DNA of 64,000 bases from Camelus ferus (taxonomy: Eukaryota), in NCBI RefSeq assembly GCF_009834535.1, contig NC_045697.1, positions 109,432,001-109,496,000 of the forward strand. Direction: 5' to 3'. The notes under the pieces are model-generated. The model was not told the DNA's origin, made no database searches, and worked only from the letters and a program-made list of their open reading frames with translations. The translations under genes were made by a program, and so were the position numbers. Below, piece by piece: positions 24,155 through 36,260 of the stretch. Numbering within the stretch: position 1 is the stretch's first letter; each line of letters opens with the position of its first letter.

Positions 24155-24626
24155 CAGGTGGTCTCCGACATGGAATAGTTCAACTTTATAAAGGTTCAAC
24201 TTCACGATGGTGCAAAAGCGATACGCACTCAGCAGACGTCGTGTGTGGAACTTGGAATTTGCGTCTTTTCCCGGGCTAGCAGTGTGTGATCTGATCCTCT
24301 CGTGTAGTGCTGGGCACCGGCAGCTCCCAGTCAGCCAGGCGATCACGAGCAAACAACCGATATACACTGACAGTCATTCTGTTTTCCACTTTCAGGACGG
24401 TATTTAGTCAGTGACATGGGATAGTCAACACTTTATTGGCTCTGTTTTAGGTGATTTTGCCCAAACTGTAGGCCAACGTAAGTGTCTGAAGTATGTTTAA
24501 GGTAGGCTGCACCAAGCTAGGTGTTCAGTGGGTTCGGTGTATGAAATGCATTTTTGACTTAACGATACTTTCAGCGTATGGTGGGTTTGTCTGGACATAA
24601 CCCTGTGGTATATTGAGGAAGAGCTG
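24155..24626 (-). mobile_element. Tigger5/MER47-family DNA transposon
   Basis: TA|CAG...CTG|TA ends; internal cgatggtgcaaaagcgatacgc and ggtgattttgcccaaactgtaggc match MER47. Confidence 0.85.
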
Positions 24627-25129
24627 TACTTTCGTGGAGTACTACTTTTTTGTAGAGTACTTTTTTTTTTTTTTTAAGGTTTCTTCTGTTTTCCCAAATA
24701 AACGCTTTTAGTATCCAGAAGTTATTTAGACTATTAGAGTATGTGGGTTTTCTAAACTTACCACTTTTGAGGCATTTATCCTATGATGTCTAGTTTTACA
24801 TATATTTGGTGGCTTTTCGCACATGTTATTTCTCCTGTAAAACAGAATCCTGAGCACGAGACTTTAGCATACTTCTTATTATAGTAAATAAGTATTTAGC
24901 TTAATTTTTATGGAAATTGAAGTGCTGAAGCGGTAAGTCTGTTCTGGCCTTCAGGGAGAAGGGCTGGAAGGGTAGGTGACCTGATCGGTTTACTTTGTGC
25001 CGCTGCACACGGGTGGCCACACCAACCTGCTGCCCTTGCAGCTGTGTCCCCCCGGAGGAGGCCTCTCATTCAGATTTGTACAAAAGCACCATACGGGCAA
25101 GTCCTGACCTTGACTCTACTTGCTACCGT

Positions 25130-25610
25130 TTTTATTTTATTTTTATTTTTTATTGAAGGATAGTTGATGTACAGTGTTGTATTAGTTTCTGGTATGCAGC
25201 ATAGTGATTCAGTTATACGTACATATATATTCTTACTCATATTCTTTTTTTATTATCGGTTATACAGTATATTGAATGTAGTTCCCTGTGCTGTATGATA
25301 GCACCTTGTTGTTTATTCTGTATACAGTAGTGTGTATCTGTTAATCCCAAACTCAATTTATCCCTCCCCTTCTGACCTTTTTCCTTTGGTAGCCATAAAT
25401 TTGTTTTCTATGTCTTTGCGTCTCTTTCTCTTTTGTAAATAAGTTCATTTGCGTCATTTTTAAAGAATTTACACATAAGTGACATCATATGATATTTGTC
25501 TCTCTGTCCAACTTACCTCACTAAGTGTAATATTTTCTAGGTCCATCCATGTTGCTTCAAGTGGCATTATTTCATTCTTTTTTATGGCTGAGTAGTATTC
25601 CATTGTGTGT

Positions 25611-25642
<32 letters not shown>

Positions 25643-26287
25643 GTACACCACAACTTTGTTATCCAGTCAGTGAACATTTAGGTTGCTTCCATGTCTTGGC
25701 TATTGTTGCTATGAACATTGGGGGGCATGTATTTTTTCGAATTGGAGTTTTCTCTGGATATATGCCCAGGAGTGGGATTACCTCGTTTTTTAAGGACACT
25801 CCATACTGTTTTCCATAATGGTGGTACCAGTTTACATTCCCATCAGCATTGTAGGAGGGGTTCCTTTCTCCACATTCTCTCCAGCATTTATCATTTGTGA
25901 GCTTTTTAACAATGGCCATTCTGATCAGTGTGAGGTGATTACTTTATTGTAGTTTTGATTTGCATTTCTCCGATAATTAGCGATATTGAGCATCTTTTCA
26001 TGTGCTGGTTGCCCATCTGCATGTTTTCGTTGGAGAATGTCTGTTTAGCTCTTCTGCCCATTTTTTGAATGAGTTGTTTGTTTTTTTTTTGTTACTGAGT
26101 TGTATGAACTGTTTGTATTTTCTGGAAGTTAAGCCCTTGTCAGTCGCATCATTTGCAAATGTTTTCTCCCTGTCTGCGGGTTGCCTTTTTTGTTTTGTTT
26201 ATGGTTTCCTTTGCTGTGCAAAAAGCTTATAAATTTAATTAGGTTCCGTTTGTTTATTTTTGCTTTTATTTCTGTTGCCTAGGGAAA
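25130..26287 (-). mobile_element. L1 3' ~1.15 kb including ORF2 C-terminal remnant
   Basis: ORF 25659-25919 (KCWRECGER...IPLLGIYP...TIAKTWKQPKC); 16-bp TSD tgctac(c/a)gtttttatt at 25121 and 26288. Confidence 0.95.
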
Positions 26288-27488
26288 TGCTACAGTTTTT
26301 ATTATACTGGGCATGTATCCCTTTTGTAGCCTAAAAAATTCACTTGGATATTAAATTAAAATTAATTTTTAAAACTAAGCATGCTGGTTTTCCTACACAG
26401 TTTCCAGTATAGAACACACGGCTGTGTATTGTCACCTGGTCCGTGTGACCTTGTAGAGCCGACCTCAGCTGGAAGATGAGGGCAGTGAAACCAGGATTCT
26501 GGCTGTAGACAACTGACAGTTATCAAATGTCTCACATTTCTGGTTGTTTTTGTAAGTATCAGCTTATTTAATTCAGGGACCCTCCCAAAAGAAGGTGACC
26601 ATCTCGCCATTTCATTGTGACCGCGGTGACTCATGCCTCTCAGTTCTTCCACGGCTGAGAAGTGGTGGAGCTGAGATGAGTCCCAGGATCAAACCACCGG
26701 ACTCGGATTTCTCACGTCTACAGGCATAAAAGGACTAGAAAGTTCTCCCTTGTGCTCATTTCTTTCTTTAGTTTCCCTCTGTTCTAACATGAGTAGAACA
26801 AGAAACACAAGGTGGGCAAGTGCCATTTATTTACATGTATTGAAATGTTGTTAATCCATGTAACAAAATGCAGTATTGAGTTATGAAAACTTTGACCCAA
26901 AGATTATTTAAAAGAACAGTTTTTTTAAAGGTACATCATTTAGCTCCAGCGAGCTGATCAAAACATCCATGAGGGTGGTGCCTTACAGTTAACATATTGG
27001 TCTGATTGTAGGTAATTCTTAATAATTAAATGCATAGTATTATTTTTCTCTTCAGTTCGCTTGGGATTGAAAATAGTGAGAGCTTGTTGAAAATTTGTAT
27101 TTTCACTCATCCTCATCCAAATCACTTCATTTTCCATGTTGGAGAGATTTTCAAAGGCTATTTTGAATCTCTACAGTTAACAAATACGCACAAAACTTTG
27201 CTTAAGTCATTGTTTGAGTCCCAAGGTTATGCAGAAAGTATCTCAGAGTTACCAGATTGGACCTGGGGAAAATGAATATTCTGCTGTGATCAGTGATGAA
27301 AAGACAATATTCCAGTAATAGGAACCGGCATTGCATGTTACTAGAAAACTCGTAAGCGCTGATTAAACTAGGATGTTATAAACACAGGCTCTGCTCTCAA
27401 GGGCTGTAGATAACGTTTTTAAGAAGGAATGTGTGACTCTGGCGACACATAATGTGTGCTTATGAGCTGGGTTTTCAGTTTGGTTCTT

Positions 27489-27581
27489 TTTTGTGTGGGG
27501 TTTTATTTAATTAATTAATTTTTATTGAAGTGCAGTCAATTACAGTGTGTCAATCTCTGGGACATTGTGCTGTACACCAGG
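27489..27581 (-). mobile_element. ~90 bp L1 3' terminus with an inverted terminal segment
   Basis: tttattgaagtgcagtcaattacagtgtgtcaa followed by an inverted 24-mer; TSD gtttggttct. Confidence 0.85.
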
Positions 27582-27919
27582 GTTTGGTTCTCTTTACTTA
27601 TCTCTTTGGCTTCATAGGATGTTGGGTTGGGGCTAGGGGAGGGAGAACAGAACAGGAAGCTGGGCGGAGTTCGCGGGTGTGGAGGGGTCCTGGATGAGAG
27701 GAATCCTGAGTGGGAGGGTGGCCGGTGGGCGGAGTGGAGGAGACAGCTGGTGAGGAGGGGCTCAAGACGGTAGGAACTGAGCCAGGCTCGGCCCCTTCCT
27801 GTCAGGTTTCTGAGGTGGTTGTGGGCAGAGCTATGAAATAAGATGTGAAACTCCCGTGGAGGTGGGAAGGATGACCTGAGACAGGGCGTGACTTCTAACC
27901 TTGTGGTAGGGTCGTAGGT

Positions 27920-28440
27920 CCGTGGCTGAAAAGTGTGCTTGGAGCCAGACCATCTGGGTTGGGAGCTGACATCCTACTTCTTAGCAAGTTGCCAGAGCTC
28001 TCTGTGCCTCAGTTTCCCCTGCTCTAAAACGTGTGGATTGTGAATAGTTCTTACCACAGAGCTTGTAAGAAACAGGTAAGTAAGCGTAAGTGCTCCAGTA
28101 TCACCTGCTGTGAGACTGAGGAGGTTGTCATCGTTTTAGTTGTGGCCCCCGTGGCACATCCAGGGACCCTGCTCCACCCTGCACCCTTTCCCTTCTCCAG
28201 GGGAGAATCCTGTTTTTTAGAAATTGTTGCTTTTGAGAAGCCAGAATTAATGTGGGTAAGGCCCCTGCCTCTGTGACTTACCAGCTGTGTGATCTTGAGC
28301 CTCAGTTTTCTCATCTGTAAAATTGGGACAGTAATTGTACCTGTAGCACAGTCACAGGATTATGCGAGGATTAAAGGCGTTCTGGGTAAAAGAAACTCTT
28401 CAGAGTGGAGTAGGCCGTCAGCAGCACATATCAAGGTGTG
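27920..28440 (+). mobile_element. Two MIR SINEs (about 27920-28110 and 28250-28440)
   Basis: ctctgtgcctcagtttcccc and gagcctcagttttctcatctgtaaaattggg cores. Confidence 0.75.
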
Positions 28441-28644
28441 TGTGTGCTTTAGAGAAGTTAGACTGCTTCTTAAAGAAACAGTAGGCTAAGTTTACAAAGA
28501 TATCCTTAAAAAGATGTTTATCTTTCTGTGCTGGGAAAAAATTAGAAACAACCTATATGGTGAACAGTACATCCATGTAGGTAATGTTATAGTAAAATAT
28601 TTGAGAGAGAAAGATGTTTATGATAATGAATTTTTAATAGAAAA

Positions 28645-28765
28645 AATTATAGGCAGATGTTAACTTTTGTGATGATCATTTTGTAATACACACAAGTATC
28701 AACACATTATATTGTACACCTGAAACTAATCTAATGTTATGTATCAGTTGTACTTCAGTAATGAA
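28645..28765 (+). mobile_element. L1MA-type 3' end, sense orientation
   Basis: gatcattttgtaata...ttgtacacctgaaactaatctaatgttatgtatcag. Confidence 0.7.
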
Positions 28766-28907
28766 ATCATTTCTCTTCAAGGGGGATGTTGACTGAGTGG
28801 GTCTGTGCCAGGTTCTATGGTAGGGCTACCCATATGTTTGTTTTATCTTTGTAACAGTTCCCAGGGATGCTGTTCAAATCAGGGAACTACCAGAGGTGGG
28901 GTGGGGT

Positions 28908-29098
28908 GGGGTGGGTATAGCTTGGTGATGGGGAGCATGGTTAACTTTCACAAGGTCCTGGGTTCAATTCCCGGTACCTCCATTTTAAAAATAAATAAAT
29001 AAATAAAATTTTCCATTTAAAATAATTAAGTAAATAATTTAGTAAGTTAAATACTTTAATAAATCAAATAAACAAAAAAAGTTAAAAGAGAAGAAAAC
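28908..29098 (+). mobile_element. tRNA-derived camelid SINE with long AT-rich tail
   Basis: ggtatagcttggtga...aggtcctgggttcaattcccggtacctcc, (AAAT)n; TSD gaactacc. Confidence 0.85.
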
Positions 29099-30014
29099 AG
29101 AACTACCTGTATGACACTGCACAGACAGACAGAATTGTCTGGAAGAATGCACTTGAAGCTGTTCAGTGTTTTCACTTGGTAGTGAAATGTTATTTTTGCT
29201 TATTATGCCATAAGGTACATGAGAAAATAAGGCATCTTGGCTTAGGGAGACTCAGGATAAAGAGGGAAGCTGACTGAGAAATAGCTACCCCAAGTGCCTG
29301 ATACCATCTGAACACCAGGGCTGGGCTCCCGCGGAGGCTGTTAGCACCCAGTCGTGGACCACCCAGTTGGAGATCTCGCTGAAGGCTGTCTCACCTGGAG
29401 AGTGGGAACTTGTCTTCTTGCAGATGAGGGTTCTGAGGCCTTGGGAAAGGGGAAACTGTGCAGAGCTGTTTAGTGACCAGGAGCTGGGGTTGTGGAGGTG
29501 GGGCTGTGGCGTAGGGGAGCTGGGGTAGAGCTTACAGCCTCAGGTGGGTGAGGATGAGGCTCTGGACACGGGCTCTGACCTGGGCAGTGGGCGCTGGGGG
29601 CACCTGCTCTGCCAGGCATCTCCCCTTTACTTGCTTAGTCCTGGGGAGGTGGGAGGGGTCCTGGGGGAGGAGTAGCAGCTCTCTGCCCAACAAGTGTGAA
29701 ACTGCTGCAGCCTGTTAAAAGGATGTGGCTGCCCTGCTGCCTAGGGAGAGGGTGGCGGCCCTGGCCAGAGAAGTCTGAAGGCTAATCCTCCAGGGCCTGG
29801 CCAGCAAGGCTTGTGATGCCAAGCCAGCTGCGCTCCGGGGAGGGGTACCGGAAGTTGGAAAGTGGCTGGTTGCAGAGAATCCCATTCAGAGTCAGGGTAG
29901 CCACATGGATGGGGGTATGGATTTAGTGGATGGCAATTCTTTAGAAAGATATCAAATAGTACTTGCCTTGAAGCTTGGCCTAAACCACAGTTTCAAAAAA
30001 TAAAACATTTTAGA

Positions 30015-30132
30015 GGGGAGGGTATAGCTCAGTGGCAAAGTGCATGTCTAGCATGCACGAGGTCCTGAGTTCAATCCCCAGTACCTCCGTTAAAATAAAC
30101 AAATAAACCTAATTACCCCCTTCCCTCCAAAT
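30015..30132 (+). mobile_element. tRNA-Ala-derived camelid SINE (Vic-1-like)
   Basis: Full head ggggagggtatagctcagtgg...; TSD aaataaaacattt. Confidence 0.92.
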
Positions 30133-33100
30133 AAAATAAAACATTTAAAATCACTGAGTGCTTTGTTGAAGAAGAATTTTCTGTAGAAGCCTGGTGTACA
30201 AACCATACATGTGGGCTGCTCTGTTACACTGGAGATGGGGAGGTCCACTGAGGCAAAGGGATATTTTCCTTTCAAGAACCTCCCTCTGCCCATCTCATTA
30301 GGCCGACCCTGTCCCCCAGCCCCAGAGGCTGATCTCAGTTCGTCTCAATCAGTCCTCTCTGCACAGATGTGTGTGTGTAGTGTGACTACGACAGTGTCAC
30401 GCTGGTTCCCTCGCTTTCGCCAGCGGGTGATTTAGGATTGGCCATTCTGAAGACAGTTTTGAAGGGAGTATAGCTTGAGGACTCTGGGGAAGGTTTTTCT
30501 GGCCTCTGAAGAACCCCAGTGAGGATGTGAGGCTGAGGGACCGGCCAGGTGGGAAGATGCCACAACGCTGTGACGTCACTGAGCTGCGGAGTCAACTGGC
30601 CCCAGAACCGTCCGCCCCAGGACGTGGGCTCATTGGAGTCACAAGAGAGAAATACCCTTATTCACCTTGTTCTGAGCTAGGCCTCGTGATGCTCGAAGCA
30701 CAGAACAGCCTGTCACACCTGCGTTTTCAGCACCTCTCCCTCAGCCCCCGAGATAAACTGGTCAGAAACCTGTAACTCTCCAGCCCAGTTTGAAACTCTA
30801 TGCTCCATAGAATCATCTACCTGGAGACTTAATTTGTTTAAATTAGATCTTACATTTTATGTTATTCATACTTTCAAAGATACATTTTTGAAGTCTGCCT
30901 CTCAGGTCAGGCATTTCCCACATCCCAGTGGAACCACGGCTGTAGGTGCTTCTTTGTCCTGTTCTGGAAAATAAAGTTATTTGTGTGTTCACCTCTCAGA
31001 CTTGAAATTAGAAATTACTGGCAAACATGGGTGTCTGGCTCTTTTTGTTTTAAATCACAGACTATCCTCTTTTCCACTTTTCATCTGTGTTCACCAAGAT
31101 ACCTCTAAAATCCAGAAGTACATAAATTTTTCTTTTTCTCATGAAAAAGTTCAAAAAGAAAGAAGACTTGGAAGAACTGTAGAGTGAACATCCAGTTCCA
31201 CATCTCCTGGATTCAGCTTCTGTTGACATCCTGAAAGCTGTTGATAGGAGAGGCCAGCGTTTCAGCATTTTGAAGTTTCTGTCTTAAAGAAAAACTGCTC
31301 CGTTGCCTTCTCTGCCTTTATATGCTGTCAGATTTAAGGCATGGCGCCTCTTCTGTCCGCCTGCCGCTCTCCGAGTTTATGTAAGTTGGGGGAGGCGGCT
31401 GGGAGAAGGAGGGGTGCCGGGGAGAGACAGGGGTGCTGTCTTTATGCACACACATTGCTCAGGGGGCCTGAGCAGAGACAGGGGTGCTGAGGGGTCCTGT
31501 GCAGGGAACCCTTTCCCTTCAGCCCTTTATGTGCTTTAGCCCCCCAAGGGGATGGAGAGACAGCGAGGGGCCCTCCCCTACTAGGCACTGTTCCTAAAAG
31601 TCCACTTCGGGCAGAGAAGCAGGGCTGCGGCCGCAGAGGTGAGGGCCAAGGCCAGCTCTTCCCAATCTCCCACTCATTTCCGGCTCGCTGTTTAATTTGA
31701 AATCCTGGAACATGTGTTTTAGTGAATTGGTTCATAAATTTTTTTTTCAAGATTCTGGAGTAGAGGCTGCACATTCCTTAGTACAACATCCATGGATAAG
31801 CGCACTATGTGAGAGAGAGTGTTTAGTGTGTCGTTTTGGAGGTGCGTAGCGCGGTTGAGTGTGAATACGGTTCTTTTAAACTCTGTCTTCACAATGTGCA
31901 GACTGTTTTCTCTCTTAGTATTTATGCCGAGTGTGAACAAGGAAGAGCTGAGACCCTGTGGTCCTCTGGGACCCCAGGATCTTCTCCCTTGGCCCTTCTG
32001 GGCAAGACTGGGCCTCCCTCTTGCTCTCATCTCTTTCTGTTTCAATCACTTTGGAAACGAGTAATTAGAAGCTGGAAATTGAGAAGCTGCCATTTAGAAG
32101 TTTATACAACATATGCAAGAGAGAGTCTCTTCCAAACTTTGCAGTTATATCAACTTGGAGTTTTTGCCAGCCCTTCTTAGGGAAAAAAATAAATAAATAA
32201 AAAAACGGCAGGAATTAAGAGAAGCCTCCTAGTCCTGCAAAGCAGGACGAGCCCTGCTGTGCAGGGTGTGAGCCTGCATTGTTTTTGTTGTCTTTTTCTT
32301 GGAATGCAATCTTTCATCAAGAGTGTGGACTGCCTCTTATTTTCCAGATCCTTTACCTGGTTTATCCTCGGCAGTTTTTTCTTTCTTTGGTAGCATTTAA
32401 AGCTGGGTGAGGCCTGAATTCACAGTTTCATGGCTCCGAGACTGCACCTTCTACCTTTGCAGCACTGGTCCTGGGCTGTCCCTTTCCCCAAGGGGGCAAT
32501 GCTCAGGTCTTAGGTGGGGTAGCTGACACAGGTCCTCAGGAGGTTTGGAAGCTGCCCAGCGCCCTGCCCCGCCCCCCGTCCGCGGCAGCTCCCTGGGCAG
32601 CGTCACGCAGGCGGCTAGAGCCGGGCTGCAGCATCCTCTGCTGGAGTCTCAGGCATGACAGGAGTGGTCCAGCTCTCTGCCGATGAAGAAATAAATCCCT
32701 TTACGGCATCCTCTACACTTGATTGGTTTTTCAGCCTCAGCTTGGACACATTGGTGATGGAAGTTCACGTCCTCAGAAGCTGACTTCACATCGTTGGACC
32801 CCTCTCATGGTTAAGATGTCCCTGATGGGATTTCACACCTGCTGTCTTGGCTTTCCCAGGTGACCCCGGCTGCCTTCTGCAGCAGCGCAGAATGAGGCCA
32901 CTCTCTGCCGGGGGGCAGACAGGTCTTCACAGGCTTGGAGACGGTCATCAGACCTCAGCTGTTGGTTGATTTTACCTAATTATTTTTTGAACATCGCCAA
33001 GCTAAATTATTCCTCATTTTTTTCAGTTCTCATGTTGACTTGGTCAGAACTTTTGTTTTTAGTTTGAGCTCAGCCAGTACTGGACGAAGGGAATCAGTTG

Positions 33101-33499
33101 AGATCCGAATGGTGCCATGTGTAGTGAATGCATTTCTTTTTTTGTGTGGACTCTTCTTATTTTAACAAAGCCTAAGATTTCGTTAGCACTTCCGCACAGT
33201 TTCTTCCTACTTTGACCATGTGGATTTTATGGCCAAATGAAAATAAGGACAAATGCAAAAACAAACAAACAGAAAACCCCAAACCCCTTAAGCCTTTCTT
33301 TTTCTCTTATCCTTTTTCTTCTTTTTACCAATTCTCTTTCTCTATATACACTCAGGTAGTTAATTGTCTTCTTTTAGAAAAAACAAACTTTAAGTACTTA
33401 TATTTGGTCTTGTTAAGGTTTCATCTTTTTCATCTTGTTGATTTGGACCTATATTGGCCTGTTGAGACCAGAGAAAAATACACATGCGCATGTGCGCGT

Positions 33500-33500
<1 letters not shown>

Positions 33501-33534
<34 letters not shown>
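33501..33534 (+). repeat. (CA)n microsatellite
   Basis: About 17 CA units preceded by an alternating purine-pyrimidine stretch. Confidence 0.95.
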
Positions 33535-33537
<3 letters not shown>

Positions 33538-33899
33538 GCACTTTTTCTCCTAATTGTGAAAATTGAGTCCTGAATGACCACGTGACTTAATCTCCTCTCT
33601 CTCCCAAAACCTCATTAATATGATGGGAGATAAATTTAAAAGGTAGAGAAAGCCCATAGTAAACGTGTGTCTGGGAAAGGAGTTATCAGTTGATAAGAAT
33701 TTCAGAAAAAATTCTGGAAGATTGAAAATGGTTGAAGATGGTAACTGATGAAGGAAACAGAGAAGGCCAACAACATGATGATGAAAATGGCCCACCATGC
33801 GTGTTGTGGACTTCCAGAACCGCAAGGATAAAGAGATGGTTTTTCTTGGGAGGTGAGTGGGGCTCGGTGGGGACTAGGTCGCTAAGGACAATGCCATGG

Positions 33900-34040
33900 G
33901 GGGACTTCTGGTCGACCCCGTTGTGTGCCTAATGAGGACATGGGACTAGAATGCCCACCCCACGAGGTTGTTGTAGGTATTAGATAATGCATGCAGAGCA
34001 TCCAGTGGACTTCCTGGCACATGGTAAGCACTGTCAGGTG
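33900..34040 (+). mobile_element. MIR fragment
   Basis: gaggttgttgtaggtattagataatgcatg...cctggcacatggtaagcact. Confidence 0.65.
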
Positions 34041-34099
34041 AGTGTGCAGGTGTTACTGCTTCCCTTCCTGTCACCATGACTGCTGTGCCAGGGAAGAAG

Positions 34100-34777
34100 T
34101 GTGTCAGCTAGGATCAGGATCTGCTTCGCGAGACAGACAACCCAGTGGCATAAACAGGATGGAAGTGGGGTAAATGAGATATCTTTAGATTGCTTATCTG
34201 AGAGAGCCGTGGGCAGGCCAGGCCTGATGTGATGACTTCATGATTCCCAAGATTGTGGCCCCTTTGTCTCCTAGTCTGAATTGATGCTCACCCTGCAAGG
34301 TCGGGTTCATATCTGCTCTAGGGAGGAGGGAGGAGCTGCAGTAGCATTTGGCCACCCTGCCCCACTTTAAGGTCACTTCCTGGAGGGAGCCCCCAAATTT
34401 CAATATACATCTCATTTCCAGAGCTTAGCCACATGACTGCATCTCAGTTGCAGGACAAGCAGGGAAAGAAGTCTGTTCTGCAGCCATGTGCCTAGTTAAG
34501 AATTGCTTTTAATACAAACCACTACGTGGAGAATAAACAGGGTGCTACTGTATAGCACAGGGAACCAGAATCAATGACTTATAGTAACCTGTAATGAAAA
34601 AAATATGAAAAAGAATGTATATATGTATAACTGAATCACTGTGCTGTATGCCAGAAACTAATACAACATTGTAAATCAACTACAAAAAAAAAAAAAGAAA
34701 AAAAAAGAAAAGGAGTTGCTTTTGAGGAAGAAGGGAAAAAGCTATTGTGGTTAGTAGCAAGCATTCTCTTTGTCACA
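34100..34777 (-). mobile_element. MLT1J-like MaLR LTR split by an L1 tail
   Basis: tgtgtcagctaggatcagg start, catctcatttccagagcttagccacatgactg internal, ends tgtcaca. Confidence 0.6.
34511..34710 (+). mobile_element. L1 3' terminus, sense, with poly(A)
   Basis: ctactgtatagcacagggaa...acaacattgtaaatcaactac(A)n; degenerate TSD aagaattgctttt / aggagttgctttt. Confidence 0.9.
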
Positions 34778-35696
34778 TTAAGCTTTTACTTATCATTACA
34801 TTAGATCCCAAACTTTTGGAATACAAGATTTGTTTCAATCCTTTGGGAGTTAACACAAAGGTCCATTGACATTAACATATACGTTGGTTGACTTAACAGA
34901 TTATGATGTGTTCAACTAGGCATTAAACCACAGAAGCTATTAACATGGTGGAAATTCATTTAAATGAGTGCCACTGCAAAAGTTCGGTTTAACATTACTT
35001 TCAAAAAGATCTGCTGATAAGGAGAAAGTTGGAAATTACTGAGACTGTCTTGCGAGGCTGGTGTGAGTCACTCATTATCCTTTCGGTATGGAGACAATTT
35101 GTGCAGATTGCTTTGACTATTAGAGGATGCTTACAGCATTTGGTGTTTATAACTTGTTACTTGATCTGTCTGCCCTGGGAAGTGCTGTGACTCGCTATCG
35201 TCACTCCTGGGAAATCTGCATCTTAGAATTTTCACATTATTCTCGTCTGTTAGGAAGATAACCGTGGGGTCCCTGACCCTGTTCCTAGAGAGGAAATTTC
35301 TCGAAAGCCAGTTACTACAAAGGCTCATCTTGCAGGATGACCTCTTTTTTCGTCTTCCTGTGTTTATTTCTATTGACCCAAATACTTTAGATTTATTTTT
35401 AGTTGGAAAAACTCAGAGATGCCTAAAGGTTAATCTTAAACTATGTAAACTGTACATTAAGGCAAACACAGACTCAATTTCAGTTTCTCACACATCCCTT
35501 GGAGTGTACTTTCTCACTTAGGGAATTTCTCAGGAACCCTTAACACTTAGCAAGTGTTCATGTGATGTTTTCCATTGCTGTAACTTTCTTGTTCAATTCA
35601 TTTTTTTCCTGATTCATTTTTAGAATGCAAGGGAATTTTCACATTTCAGGGATTTGGTTATTATTCCTTCTTGCCCTTGGAGCATAACATAGCTTT

Positions 35697-35755
35697 CTAA
35701 AAATTTTTTAAATTTTAAAAAATTTTATTGAGTTATACTCAATTTACAATGTTGT
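35697..35755 (-). mobile_element. Ultra-short L1 tail
   Basis: ttttattgagttatactcaatttacaatgttg with perfect TSD taacatagcttt. Confidence 0.85.
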
Positions 35756-36059
35756 TAACATAGCTTTTCAAACATAAACTAGGACAGGATTAACCATGTT
35801 AGATAGGCTAGAATGGAGTACGTTAAGTGGCACAAATGAACAACTATTTAAAATACAGCAGAATGAGTGGATTCTTTCTCTGAGTCACTGTCATTTTCAA
35901 ATTCAGGCATTATTTATGCTAAATTCTGTTTAAAGCAAGTACTAGAATATAGCTTTGAAAGATCTGTTAAGATAGATGTTGGTTAAACCAGACAATTAAA
36001 TAGTTAAGAAAAAATGTTAGGTGTATATTAAATTAATGCCTGAATTCAGTTTTGTGGCC

Positions 36060-36260
36060 AGAGCCAGGGCAAGGAGTCAGGGCATCTGGGTCCTGTAGGT
36101 TGCCAGTGATGTGATTTGGGCACTTGACTTCTGAGTTTATTTCACCAGGAGCAAAATAAGGCTAATGTCCACCTTGCCAGCCTCATTGCAAGAATTTAAT
36201 ATGATATGGTTTGGTTATGAAAGTGATTTGAAAATGATTGGGGAGTCATGAAGTGTAAGG
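36060..36260 (+). mobile_element. MIR fragment
   Basis: ggagtcagggcatctggg...tgtgatttgggcacttgacttctgagttt. Confidence 0.55.

Noticed and set aside
26527..26557. ATG...TTT|gtaagt as an alternative first exon (MSHISGCF)
   Set aside because: Ends in phase 1, out of frame with exon 4 (phase 2); weak exonic side of the donor.
30620..30637. ERSE/UPRE-like CGTGG...ATTGG
   Set aside because: Spacer is 4 nt rather than the 9 nt of ERSE, and it does not match TGACGTGG.
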